64,000 nucleotides of DNA from Gemmatimonadota bacterium (GCA_046758745.1 JBHIAV010000006.1:23468-87467); one strand, 5' to 3'; numbered from the stretch's first letter, positions 51,243-60,289 are shown. Numbers and translations are program-made. Notes: a model not told the origin generated them from the letters alone.

Positions 51243-52577
51243 TCAGCCGCCGAGAGTCTCGACCAAGCTGTCGATCTCGGCCCGGTTCCGCTTCTCCGTG
51301 AAGGCGAGCAGCAGGCCGTCCGGGGCCCCCAGCTCGGGGAAGCGCGACAGGCTCACCCCGGCGAGCACGCCCCGCTCGATCCCGCGATCGAGGATCGCGT
51401 GTGAGTCCTCCTCCGTCGCCACGGCGAATTCCCGAACGAACGGCGTGTGGGGGTGGAGCGGACGCACCCCCTCTACCTCCTCGAGTCGGCGACGCGCATA
51501 GTGAGCGTTCTGGGCGGACGTCTCGGCCACCTGGCGAAGGCCCTCTCTCCCGATCAGCGCGAGGTGGATGGTGGCTGCCAGCGCGTTCAAACCTTGATTC
51601 GTACAGATGTTGCTGGTGGCCTTCTCCCGACGGATCTGCTGCTCCCGCGCCTGGAGGGTGAGGACGTAGCCGCGCCGACCCTCCACATCGACGGTGGCGC
51701 CGACTATGCGACCGGGCATCTGCCGGATGTACTTGGACTTCGCGGCGAACAGGCCGACCCCCGGTCCTCCGAAGCTGAGCGAGTTGCCGAAGGGCTGCCC
51801 CTCGGCCACGACGATGTCCGCGCCACACTCGCCGGGCGACCTCAGCAGGGCGAGGGAGACAGGGTCGGCCGCGACGACGAACAGCGCGCCGACGCCGTGC
51901 GCTCGCTCCGCGAGCGGCTCCAGGTCTTCGATGAGACCGAAGAAGTTCGGGTATTGGACGATCAGACAGGCGGACTCCTCATCCAGCCGTTCCCCGACCC
52001 CCTCCGGATCGAGGAGGCCGTCGTCTCCCGGCTTGACCTGCTCCAGCTCGATCGCCTGGCCGCTGACATACGTCTTCACGACCTTGCGGTAGTGAGGGTG
52101 GAGCGATCCTGCCGCGATGACCCGTCTCCGCCGGGTCACGGCCGTGGCCATCAGAGCGGCCTCTCCTGCCGCGGACGCACCGTCGTATAACGAGGCGTTC
52201 GCCACCTCCATGCCGGTGAGCTCGCAGATCATCGTCTGGAACTCGTAGATGGCCTGGAGCGTGCCCTGTGCGACCTCCGGCTGGTAGGGGGTGTAGGCCG
52301 TGTAGAACTCGCTCCGTCGGACCAGGTGATCGACCGCCGCCGGCACGTAGTGGTCGTACAGCCCCGCTCCGGCGAAGCTGACCAGCGGAGCGTTGCCGTT
52401 CGCGAGCTCCCCCAGGAGCCGCACGGCCTCCCACTCGGAGAGGCCTTCGGGAACGTCCAGAGGCCGCTCCAGCACCAGGTCGGAGGGAACATCCTGGTAC
52501 AGCTCCCGGACGCTGCCAATCCCGACCGCCTGTAGCATCGCTACGCGGTCCGAGGGGCCGTGCGGAACGAAGGACAT
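51243..52577 (-). CDS. gcvPA: glycine dehydrogenase (decarboxylating) subunit 1
   Basis: Collinear GcvPA match (YTPYQPEVAQG, ICTNQGL). Confidence 0.9.
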   Translation of the reverse strand: MSFVPHGPSDRVAMLQAVGIGSVRELYQDVPSDLVLERPLDVPEGLSEWEAVRLLGELANGNAPLVSFAGAGLYDHYVPAAVDHLVRRSEFYTAYTPYQPEVAQGTLQAIYEFQTMICELTGMEVANASLYDGASAAGEAALMATAVTRRRRVIAAGSLHPHYRKVVKTYVSGQAIELEQVKPGDDGLLDPEGVGERLDEESACLIVQYPNFFGLIEDLEPLAERAHGVGALFVVAADPVSLALLRSPGECGADIVVAEGQPFGNSLSFGGPGVGLFAAKSKYIRQMPGRIVGATVDVEGRRGYVLTLQAREQQIRREKATSNICTNQGLNALAATIHLALIGREGLRQVAETSAQNAHYARRRLEEVEGVRPLHPHTPFVREFAVATEEDSHAILDRGIERGVLAGVSLSRFPELGAPDGLLLAFTEKRNRAEIDSLVETLGG

Positions 52578-52583
52578 GCGGCC

Positions 52584-52973
52584 TCAGGCCTCGATGTGAC
52601 TGCGGTACTCCTCGTCGGACAGCAGCGAATCGAGCTCGGAGGAATCCCTGAGTCTGAGGCGGATCATCCACCCTTCGTTGTAAGGGTCCGAGTTCACCAG
52701 GGCCGGATCCTCATCGAGGGCCTCGTTGACCGCCAGCACCTCGCCCGCCACGGGGCAATACAGCTCGGATACCGCCTTCACCGCCTCGATCGTCCCGAAC
52801 ACGTCCATACGCTCGAACGTGTCGCCGGGGCCTGGCAGCTCGACGAAGACCACATCGCCGAGCTCACTCTGGGCATAGTCCGTGATCCCGATGATGACTT
52901 CCGATTCCGAGTCGGTCTCGCGAACGTACTCGTGCTGTTCGCTGTACCGAAGCCCCTTCGGGATCTCTGACAT
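52584..52973 (-). CDS. gcvH: glycine cleavage system H protein
   Basis: 129 aa from MSEIPKGLRYSEQHEYVR, with GGAGGA 5 nt upstream. Lipoyl-lysine motif ETVKAVSE-like (IEAVKAVSELY). Confidence 0.9.
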   Translation of the reverse strand: MSEIPKGLRYSEQHEYVRETDSESEVIIGITDYAQSELGDVVFVELPGPGDTFERMDVFGTIEAVKAVSELYCPVAGEVLAVNEALDEDPALVNSDPYNEGWMIRLRLRDSSELDSLLSDEEYRSHIEA

Positions 52974-53117
52974 AAGATTCCTCCGACCGTGGATCCGAAT
53001 TCCGGCACCTCGAGGTCCGCAGTGCCCGGGACTATACCCAGCGCCGGTTCGGGGCGTCAAGGAGGTTTTCGCCCCGCGGGCGCCTAGCTTCCTCTCCGCC
53101 GCCGCTTGCGATAGGTG

Positions 53118-53146
53118 TTGAAACTTTTTTGCACGAACGATAGGAT
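53118..53146 (+). promoter_or_regulatory. putative sigma-70-type promoter (TTGAAA-N17-TAGGAT) in a locally AT-rich segment upstream of the Phd/YefM-like gene
   Basis: Seen in sequence. No other canonical -35/-10 pair is obvious in this intergenic region. Confidence 0.25.
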
Positions 53147-53242
53147 TCTCTCGTATACATAGGTGATGAGAAATCGATCAATCCAAGTCGATCGGTCGGC
53201 GTCGCACTTCGCAGATGAGACCTGATGCAAGAGGAGACGAGT

Positions 53243-53455
53243 ATGGGGCGTAGGAAGAAGGTCGGGCTGAAGGTGAGGGTCAGCGGCGACACGGCATTCG
53301 TGAGCACCACGGATATTCGCACCAACTTCACGGCGATCTACGACCGCGTGCTGAGGAAGTATCCGACGATCGTGGTGGAGAGGAACGGACAGCCGGTCGC
53401 CGTGCTGAAGCGACCCTCCGAGGTCGAGGCGGCCGTGACCGTGGAGGAGTTCTAG
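53243..53455 (+). CDS. Phd/YefM-family antitoxin-like protein (orphan; no adjacent toxin gene)
   Basis: VSTTDIRTNFTAIYDRVLRKYPTIVVERNGQPVAVLKRPSE fits the Phd/YefM fold. ATG with AGAGGAG 7 nt upstream (an alternative ATG lies 18 nt further 5'). Confidence 0.6.
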   Translation: MGRRKKVGLKVRVSGDTAFVSTTDIRTNFTAIYDRVLRKYPTIVVERNGQPVAVLKRPSEVEAAVTVEEF

Positions 53456-53509
53456 CGAACCGCTCTCACCGGGCGTGCACCGCGCAGCCCGGGCATCCCG
53501 TCGAACCGA

Positions 53510-54178
53510 CTACCCCCGCCGACGCTCGATTCGGCGAGCCCGCCGCTCGGCCCGGATGCGGCGCTTCGCTTCCCGGCTCGACTCGCCCGGATAGCGCGTC
53601 CGCACCTCGACCCCACCCATCATGGCGAAGCCGTTGATCTTGAGCACGGGAGCCTGCGGACCCGGGTCGCCGGCCACCTGATCGAGCTGCTCGAACCCAC
53701 CCATGATGGCGACGCCGTTCGTGTGGACTTCCAGACCCGGCGGCACGATCACGCCCGTGCCTCCCATGAGCGCCAGGATGGTCACCTCGGTGACGCCCGG
53801 GGGCAGCCTCGCCTCCCGAAAGTCGAGCTCGGCGCCCCCGCACACCGCCACGACGTACAGGTGCCGGGGGGGTGTCCACGCTCCACTCCTCTCGTGCCCA
53901 CCCAGGACCGCCACGATCAGCCCGCGCTCGGAGACCGAAGCGGGCGGCGCGGCCGAGACCGGGGCGGAGGCTGGAAGTGTCTCCTCGCGGAGTACCGGCA
54001 GGTCGGCGAGAACGGCCTTCAGCGCGGTCACCGTCATCGCCCGGTAGGAGCGGTCGAGGCGGGCCTCGAACTCCTCGACGCTCAGGCGGTCTTGCGCGAA
54101 GTGGGTGCACAGGGCCTGCACCGTCTCCTCGCGGGCCTGCGGGGAGGGGACCTCCTGCGGCAGATCGCCGTCGTTCAT
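53510..54178 (-). CDS. DUF1707 (SHOCT-like) / LiaF-like C-terminal domain protein
   Basis: N-terminal DRLSVEEFEARLDRSYRAMTVTALKAVLADL (DUF1707) and a C-terminal Gly-rich beta region resembling the LiaF/YvqF stress-response domain. Confidence 0.55.
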   Translation of the reverse strand: MNDGDLPQEVPSPQAREETVQALCTHFAQDRLSVEEFEARLDRSYRAMTVTALKAVLADLPVLREETLPASAPVSAAPPASVSERGLIVAVLGGHERSGAWTPPRHLYVVAVCGGAELDFREARLPPGVTEVTILALMGGTGVIVPPGLEVHTNGVAIMGGFEQLDQVAGDPGPQAPVLKINGFAMMGGVEVRTRYPGESSREAKRRIRAERRARRIERRRG

Positions 54179-54334
54179 GCGACGCCCTCAGCCTCTCGGC
54201 GGGAATCGATCAAGCGGGCGAGCCACTCACTCACAGCCATCTCTCCCCTCCAAATATAGGATCGTGCCGATGGCCACGCCCGACATGAGACCAGCGACGC
54301 AGGGCGGGCCTGTGCCCGCCGCGCTCCTCCGCGC

Positions 54335-55012
54335 TCACCCCAGCAGCCAGAAGGCGCCCACACCGCCGGCCACCGCCGCGAGCCCGCCAAGCAGGATCCC
54401 GTACGCCCGGTCGCCGGCGGCCGCTACCAGTCGCTCCGCAATCAGCCCGGCCAGCGCGGCAAACGTGAGCATGCCGGCCACGGTGCCCATCGCGAAGCCG
54501 GAGAGGTAGACGACGGAAGCGGCGAGGGACGGCAGGGCCAGCGCCGGAAGCACCCCCACCAGGTGCGAGCTCCCCGCCACCCCGTGAAGAACACCGATGA
54601 CCAGGGCGGCGTGCTCATGCGCGTGGGCCGCCGGATGTGAGTGCGAACCGGCGCCGCCGCGCAGATGGATGTGGAGGTGCGTGTGTCGGTGACCATCGTG
54701 CTCGTGCTCGTGGGCGTGCAGGCGACCGGATAGCGCACGCCGGAGGGCCCACAGGCCGATCCCTACGAGGGCGAGCCCCACCAGTCGCTCGCCGTGCCCG
54801 GCGACCAGCTCCAACGGGATGACCCGGCGAAACAGGAGGACGAGCGCGCCGACGGCGAGCGCACCCAACGCGTGGCCGAGACCCCACCGCAGGCCGGTGC
54901 GCCACGCGCGGGGGCCGGCCTCCGCCGCCAGAGGGGCCACCGCGGCCAGATGGTCCGGCCCGGCGAGCACGTGAATCATCCCGGCGGCGAGTCCGGCAAG
55001 GACGGGTAGCAA
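54335..55012 (-). CDS. His-rich metal-cation transporter (NicO/RcnA / HupE-UreJ-like)
   Basis: 6 TM segments. N-terminal HVLAGPDH. Central His-rich loop HAHEHEHDGHRHTHLHIH. Confidence 0.55.
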   Translation of the reverse strand: MLPVLAGLAAGMIHVLAGPDHLAAVAPLAAEAGPRAWRTGLRWGLGHALGALAVGALVLLFRRVIPLELVAGHGERLVGLALVGIGLWALRRALSGRLHAHEHEHDGHRHTHLHIHLRGGAGSHSHPAAHAHEHAALVIGVLHGVAGSSHLVGVLPALALPSLAASVVYLSGFAMGTVAGMLTFAALAGLIAERLVAAAGDRAYGILLGGLAAVAGGVGAFWLLG

Positions 55013-55313
55013 GCCCAGAGACCCTAGCTCCTCCGCTGGTGTTGGACGCGTGGCGGGGCGCCGCGCTCGACGGCCCGCAACGGCCCGGCTCCGATGAGGC
55101 AGGCCGGATCGGGCGGCGAGACGGCGGGCAGCCCAACACTAGACGTGGAGCGAGAGCACGACAAGGAAGCCGGTCGAGTGCGGTGCGTGGCGCTTGCCGA
55201 CCCCCGGAGCTCCGTCTAGCTTTCTGGTACGCCGGGGCACAGGGAGGGTGGATGTCCCTGCCGCGGCGCCGGTGCTCGGCCCGATCCGTTCACTCAGCAA
55301 AGGAGGTGATCCA

Positions 55314-55382
55314 GTGTCCGAAGGGAGTAGATTCGAGTCTGACTCGACACGGGCAAGCGGTCGCCTTGGAGTGATTCGCTAG
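55314..55382 (+). CDS. putative 22-codon leader/mini-ORF preceded by a 14-nt perfect anti-16S Shine-Dalgarno (AAAGGAGGTGATCC, 55299-55312)
   Basis: GTG sits 7 nt after GGAGG. Translates MSEGSRFESDSTRASGRLGVIR*. Lies in the 600-nt leader of the EAL-HDOD gene. Confidence 0.25.
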   Translation: MSEGSRFESDSTRASGRLGVIR

Positions 55383-55613
55383 GGGAGGTGTTCTTCCCGC
55401 GCCGGCCTCTCGCCGAGGCACGGCGCGTGCCTGGCCGGCGGAGCCGTGAGAGGCGCCGCGTCGAGTTGGGCCGAAGAGTACCCCGCGGCCGCAGCGCTCT
55501 CCCCGAGCCTGCGGCCGTCTGTTTTCCCAATCGCCCGCACCCATCCATCCGGCCGGTGCCCGGGGAAGCGATTCCCGTTGAACGCGTTTCACGTCAGGAC
55601 GGAGCGAACGGAT

Positions 55614-56831
55614 GTGGAGCTCTTCGTAGCGCGGCAGCCGATCTTCGATCGGCAGGACCGGCTCTTCGGGTACGAGCTGTTGTATCGCGGCAGCCGAGAG
55701 GCCTCGGTTGCAGGTGGTGCCCCCCCGCACCAGATGACGTGCGAGGTGATCGCCAACGCCTTTCTGGAGCTAGGGATCGACCGCGTGGCGCACGGCAGGC
55801 CGGCCTTCATCAACGTGACCCGGCAGATGCTCCTCGACGGCCATCTCTCCCTGCTACCCGCAGATTCTATCGGCTTCGAGATCCCGGCCCGGTTGGCCCA
55901 TGACCCGGAAATCGCGGTGGCCTGCCGGGAGCTGGCGGAGGGGGGGTACCGCCTTGTCCTCGACGGCTTCACGGAGAGCGCACGAGTCGGCTCCCTTCTC
56001 GAGCTCTGCGAGCTGACCAAGATCGACGTGCTGGGACGCGATCCCGGCGAGCTGGCCCGGACGATCGAGGTCCTCTCTCCCTCAGCCGCTCGGGCGGTCG
56101 CCGTCCGGGTGCAGAGTCGCGAGTTGCGGAGGAGGAGCCTCGAGGTCGGATTCGACCTCTTCCAGGGCAACTTCTTCAGGTCGCCCGATCTCCTGGTCGC
56201 GCGGAGAATGTCGGTGGAGCTCGCCGAGGTCGTTCGCCTGCACAACCTGCTTCTCGACGAAACGGAGGAGGAGGATCTCGTGCGGGTACTCCGCTCGGCT
56301 CCCGGGCTGGCGTACCGGCTGCTCCGCATGGCGAGCACCTCATGGCCGGGCGGCACGAGCATCGGGTCGATCGAAGGGGCGCTCCGGCTCGTGGGGCGCG
56401 ATCTGCTTCGTCGGTGGCTCTCGATCCTTCTCGTCTCATCGGCTGCCGGAACCGGAGGAGTGGGAGAGCAGCTGGCCGCCGAGGCCCTGTTTCGCGCCAG
56501 ATTCCTGGAGCTCCTGGCCGGCGAAGACGGTGCATCGGCAGGTTCCTTCTACCTCACCGGCCTGGTCTCCGGGCTCGACGCCCTTCTCGGCATGCCGATG
56601 AGCGACGTGCTTTCCCTCATCGACCTACCCGAGGAGGTGCGGGAGGCGCTGGGAGCGCGAGCCGGACGGCTCGGCGAGATGCTGGACCTCGTCGAGGCGT
56701 ACGAGGGGGCCGACTGGGCTCGAGTGACCAATGCGGCGACCCCGCTGGGGATCGGGCAAGAGGGCCTCTCCGACCGGTACCGCGAGGCGCTCGTTTGGTC
56801 CCGGGAGAGGCTCCTGGCGGGGGGCGGCTGA
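55614..56831 (+). CDS. EAL-domain plus HDOD-domain signalling protein (YuxH-like c-di-GMP phosphodiesterase family)
   Basis: EAL signature ELFVARQPIFDRQDRLFGYELLYRG and a C-terminal HDOD-like domain. GTG start chosen so the product begins MELFVARQPIF. Upstream alternatives are TTG 55578 and GTG 55446. Confidence 0.7.
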   Translation: MELFVARQPIFDRQDRLFGYELLYRGSREASVAGGAPPHQMTCEVIANAFLELGIDRVAHGRPAFINVTRQMLLDGHLSLLPADSIGFEIPARLAHDPEIAVACRELAEGGYRLVLDGFTESARVGSLLELCELTKIDVLGRDPGELARTIEVLSPSAARAVAVRVQSRELRRRSLEVGFDLFQGNFFRSPDLLVARRMSVELAEVVRLHNLLLDETEEEDLVRVLRSAPGLAYRLLRMASTSWPGGTSIGSIEGALRLVGRDLLRRWLSILLVSSAAGTGGVGEQLAAEALFRARFLELLAGEDGASAGSFYLTGLVSGLDALLGMPMSDVLSLIDLPEEVREALGARAGRLGEMLDLVEAYEGADWARVTNAATPLGIGQEGLSDRYREALVWSRERLLAGGG

Positions 56832-56860
56832 CCTCGCGCGGCCGATGCCGCGGCCGTGGA

Positions 56861-57628
56861 TCAGCGAGACCGGAACTCTCCGTACCGGATGACCAGCACG
56901 GCCGCGGCCAGCAAAGCGAGCCCGTACCCGACCACGAGGAGCACGGAGCCGGCCGGGGGAACGTGCCCGGCGAACAGGGCCCCCTTCATCGCATCGAGGG
57001 CCTCTATCGGTGGCAGGAGTAGCCGCAGGACCGGGATGGCGCGCTCCGCTCCACCGGCCCAGTGTCCCTCGGCTAGGCGCGCCAGGGTCGAGGGCGCCAG
57101 CGCGAGCGGGACGACGAGCAGGGCGTCCCCCCTATCGAGCCAGGTCGACGCGAGGAAGATGGGCGAGCCGATCGCCAGCGCGTACCCGCCTGCCACGAGG
57201 ACCGCTCCCGACAAGCTGAGCGGACGGCCGAGCCCCGACGCGGCCCACGTGCTCGCTGCCCCGAGAGCGAGTCCGGCGACAGCGAGGCAGACGAGGCTGG
57301 CCAGGTAGCAGGCCAGGAAGTAACCAGGTCGGGAGATCGGTCGCGCCAGGATGGTGCGGAACGTCCCCTCCCGACGACCGCGCGCCACGATCCCCTCCCA
57401 GAGTAGCAGGGCACCCGCGCCGAGCATCAGTCCGATCGGCCCCGACAGCGGGTGGGCGTCTGCCGTCACACTCAGGCCATCGCGGAGGCCGCTCACCGCA
57501 GGGGTTCGCGCCGCGGCGCGCAGCCCGACCAGGTGCGGTCCCGCGAGGAGCATCGCCCCCCCCAGAAGGAGGCCGAGCCGCCCGACCCGGTCACGAACGA
57601 GGAGCGGAAAGTATCGTAGTAGGGTCAC
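56861..57628 (-). CDS. ABC-2 family exporter permease
   Basis: Six TM segments. GTG start overlaps the stop of the upstream ATPase gene (GTGA). Confidence 0.6.
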   Translation of the reverse strand: MTLLRYFPLLVRDRVGRLGLLLGGAMLLAGPHLVGLRAAARTPAVSGLRDGLSVTADAHPLSGPIGLMLGAGALLLWEGIVARGRREGTFRTILARPISRPGYFLACYLASLVCLAVAGLALGAASTWAASGLGRPLSLSGAVLVAGGYALAIGSPIFLASTWLDRGDALLVVPLALAPSTLARLAEGHWAGGAERAIPVLRLLLPPIEALDAMKGALFAGHVPPAGSVLLVVGYGLALLAAAVLVIRYGEFRSR

Positions 57629-58536
57629 GGCCGCTCCCCGCCGACTCGCTCGAACGCCTTCCGCACCGTCCGCTCCAAGGAGGGCAACTGCGGTATCAGC
57701 GCCTCGAGCACCCCGCCGGCGGCCAGGAAGACCGCCAGGGCGCGGCTCAGGTCGGCCGGCGCGACCGAGGAAACGCGGTAGCCATCCTCCACCCGCACCG
57801 CCGCGGGAAGGAAGCGGTCCAGCGGCACGGGCCCGGAGGTGCGGACGAAGACCTCGCTGACAGCCGGGCGCCGGAGGTCGATGAGCTCCCGAAGGCGTCC
57901 GCGGTCGATGAGCGCCACTCGGTCCGCCACGCGCTCGATTTCGTGCAGGTCGTGCGATGCGATGAGGATCGTCCGGCGGGGGTTTTCCGTCCGTAGCTCC
58001 CGGAGGAGATCCCGGAAGCGAACGCGCCACAGCGGGTCGAGCCCCACGGAGGGCTCATCCAGCAGGAGGAGCTCGCGCGGCCGGAGGAGGAGCTGAGCGA
58101 TCCCTACCCGCTGGCGATTCCCTTTGGAGAGGGACTTGATGCGTTTGGCGGCATGCTCGCCGAGCCCTACGCGGGCGATGGCCAGGCGGACCCGCCGGTC
58201 CAGCTCCGCGCCGCGGAGCCCGTCGAGAATGCCGAGGCGCCGGAGTGCTTCGGGAACCCGCTGGTGCCCCGGAAGCTCCACCATCTCCGGCAGGTAGCCG
58301 ATCCCGGTCGCGCGGGCATAGAGGCGAGGCTCTTCGTCCGCCACCCTGACGGTGCCGCCGGTCGGCCTCAGGTAACCGAGGATGAGGCCCAGAATGGTCG
58401 ACTTCCCCGCGCCGTTCGGTCCCACGATGGCGAAACACTCTCCGCGCCCCACGCGGAAGCTCATCCCATCGAGCGCCAGCGCGCTCCGACCGAAGGGCAC
58501 CCCGTAGCGCTTCCGGACGTCCTCGAAGGCGATCAT
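57625..58536 (-). CDS. ABC transporter ATP-binding protein (ABC-2 / multidrug-type exporter)
   Basis: Walker A GPNGAGKST, signature LSKGNRQRV and Walker B LLLLDEP. Confidence 0.85.
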   Translation of the reverse strand: MIAFEDVRKRYGVPFGRSALALDGMSFRVGRGECFAIVGPNGAGKSTILGLILGYLRPTGGTVRVADEEPRLYARATGIGYLPEMVELPGHQRVPEALRRLGILDGLRGAELDRRVRLAIARVGLGEHAAKRIKSLSKGNRQRVGIAQLLLRPRELLLLDEPSVGLDPLWRVRFRDLLRELRTENPRRTILIASHDLHEIERVADRVALIDRGRLRELIDLRRPAVSEVFVRTSGPVPLDRFLPAAVRVEDGYRVSSVAPADLSRALAVFLAAGGVLEALIPQLPSLERTVRKAFERVGGERP

Positions 58537-58747
58537 CGGGGCCGCCTCGCCTCCCCGGAGAGCACTCCCGCCCTTGGAGACCCGCTCTCACTCATGCGCC
58601 AACGTTCCGGAGCGCCCTCATCATTCTCTCAACCCAGGGCGGAGAGCGGCGGAGGCCGATTGCAACCTTTTCGGCGCTCCTCTCGTCTATACCTGTGCAG
58701 GTGGCAAATGGAACGGACTACGGGGCCGGGAAGCGGGGAGGCGGAAG

Positions 58748-58903
58748 ATGACGACGAAGAGAAGCCAGATGATACTGGAGAGGCAGCGACGGGTGATGCT
58801 CCGATGGTGCCGGCGCTACGGCCTCTCGCGCCACGAGTTCCTCCGCCGGCACGGGGCCGACGCCCTCCTCCGGGCCGCCCGCCGGCCGGCGCTCGCGGCC
58901 TAA
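58748..58903 (+). CDS. possible small basic protein (51 aa)
   Basis: ATG with GGGGAGG 6-7 nt upstream. Translates MTTKRSQMILERQRRVMLRWCRRYGLSRHEFLRRHGADALLRAARRPALAA. No family recognised. Confidence 0.25.
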   Translation: MTTKRSQMILERQRRVMLRWCRRYGLSRHEFLRRHGADALLRAARRPALAA

Positions 58904-58920
58904 CCCGGTCCGGAGCCCGA

Positions 58921-58977
58921 GCTCACGGCGACCCGGGCGCCTCACGGCGACCCGGGCGCCTCACGGCGGCCCCTGCG
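58921..58977. repeat. 19-nt tandem repeat x3 (CTCACGGCGACCCGGGCGC, third copy degenerate)
   Basis: Seen in sequence, between the small ORF and the 3' end of the VWA gene. Confidence 0.5.
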
Positions 58978-59002
58978 GCCGAAGCACCCGGCCGCTCCCT
59001 CC

Positions 59003-60289
59003 TCAGCCTACCCGTCGCGTCCGGCGGCGCAGGAAATCCATCAGAATGTACTGCCCGAGGCTCATCGTCGAGGTGAAGTACGCCTTGCCGCGGCAGATCT
59101 CCGCCATCTTCCGGACGAAGGCGACCAGTGCGGCGTTCCGCGCCAGCATGAAGGTGTTGATCGCGATCCCCTCCCGGCGGCAGGCGGCGACCTCCGCGAA
59201 GGTGCGCTCGAGGATCCGCCGGTCCAGCCCCATCGAGTTCTTGTAGATCCGACCGCCCGGCAGCGAGATCGCGCTCGGCTTCCCGTCCGTGATCATGATG
59301 ATCTGCCGCATCTCCTTCCGTTCCTGGCGGAGCAGCCGGCGGGCGAGCCGGAGGCCCTCGGCCGTGTTCGTATGGTAGGGTCCCACCTGAGCACGGACGA
59401 GCGTCCGGAGGGGGATCTCTTCCGCCGAATCGTGGAAGAGCACGCAGCGCAGGGTGTCGCCGGGGAACTGGGAGCGGAGGAGGTGCGCCAGCGCCAGCGC
59501 TACCTTCTTCGCCGGCGTGAAGCGGTCCTCCCCGTACAGCACCATCGAATGGCTGCAGTCCAGCATGAGCACGGTGGCGCAGCTCGATCGGTAGGCCGCC
59601 TGATGAACCCTGAGGTCGCCGTACTCGATGTCGAGCGGAAGCCTTAGCCCGCCTCGGGTGATGGCCCGGAGGAGCGTTGCAGGAACGTCCAGGTTCAGCG
59701 TATCCCCGAACTCGTACGGCTTGGAGCTCGCCTCCGCTTCCACCCCGGTGGCCAGCTCGTTCGTCTCGTGCATGCCGGCGCTCGCCCGTCCGACCGATCC
59801 GAGGATCTCCCGCAGGGCCCGATAGCTCAGAAAGTCGAGGCCCTTCTGCGTGAGATCGAATTTGATGGAGCGCGTCGCCCCCTTGCCCACGCTCGCTGGC
59901 CCGGTGACTGGACGTGCCTCGTCCGGCACGCGCGGCGTCCCCTCCACCCTGATGTAGCCCTCCTTGACCAGACGCTCGACGATGTCGTCCAGCAGCCGGG
60001 CCAGGCTCGCCGACGTCGCTTCTGCAGCATTCCCCTCCCCTCGCAACGCCTCCAGCATCTCCGCCGTCAGCTCGCCGCCCTCGATGAGGGCTCCACGGAT
60101 CGCGTCCCGCAGGGCGTCGAGCGAGTCCGCCTCGCTCGAAGGATCGAACTCATCGCGGAAGAGGTCCCCCCACGGGTCGCCGGCGAAACCGCTGTCGAGC
60201 AGGAACTGCGACAGACGGTCCAGAAGGGCCTGCACGTTCAGGGCGTCGAGCAGGCTGCCGCGGTACTGTTCGTAGCTTGTCAGTCGCAT
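59003..60289 (-). CDS. VWA-domain protein (partner-type of ChlI-like AAA+ ATPases; COG4867-like)
   Basis: Start at [11 protein letters not shown], with GAGGAA just upstream. C-terminal VWA fold with MIDAS-like residues (LMLDCSHSM ... ITDG). The 5' 360 codons of the ORF are Arg/Gly-rich junk. Confidence 0.7.
   Translation of the reverse strand: MRLTSYEQYRGSLLDALNVQALLDRLSQFLLDSGFAGDPWGDLFRDEFDPSSEADSLDALRDAIRGALIEGGELTAEMLEALRGEGNAAEATSASLARLLDDIVERLVKEGYIRVEGTPRVPDEARPVTGPASVGKGATRSIKFDLTQKGLDFLSYRALREILGSVGRASAGMHETNELATGVEAEASSKPYEFGDTLNLDVPATLLRAITRGGLRLPLDIEYGDLRVHQAAYRSSCATVLMLDCSHSMVLYGEDRFTPAKKVALALAHLLRSQFPGDTLRCVLFHDSAEEIPLRTLVRAQVGPYHTNTAEGLRLARRLLRQERKEMRQIIMITDGKPSAISLPGGRIYKNSMGLDRRILERTFAEVAACRREGIAINTFMLARNAALVAFVRKMAEICRGKAYFTSTMSLGQYILMDFLRRRTRRVG

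Noticed and set aside
55320-55345. tRNA-like TTCGAGT T-loop motif (AGATTCGAGTCTGACTCG)
   Set aside because: No flanking 5-bp T-stem, acceptor stem or anticodon arm could be formed. Interpreted as a short hairpin inside the mini-ORF.
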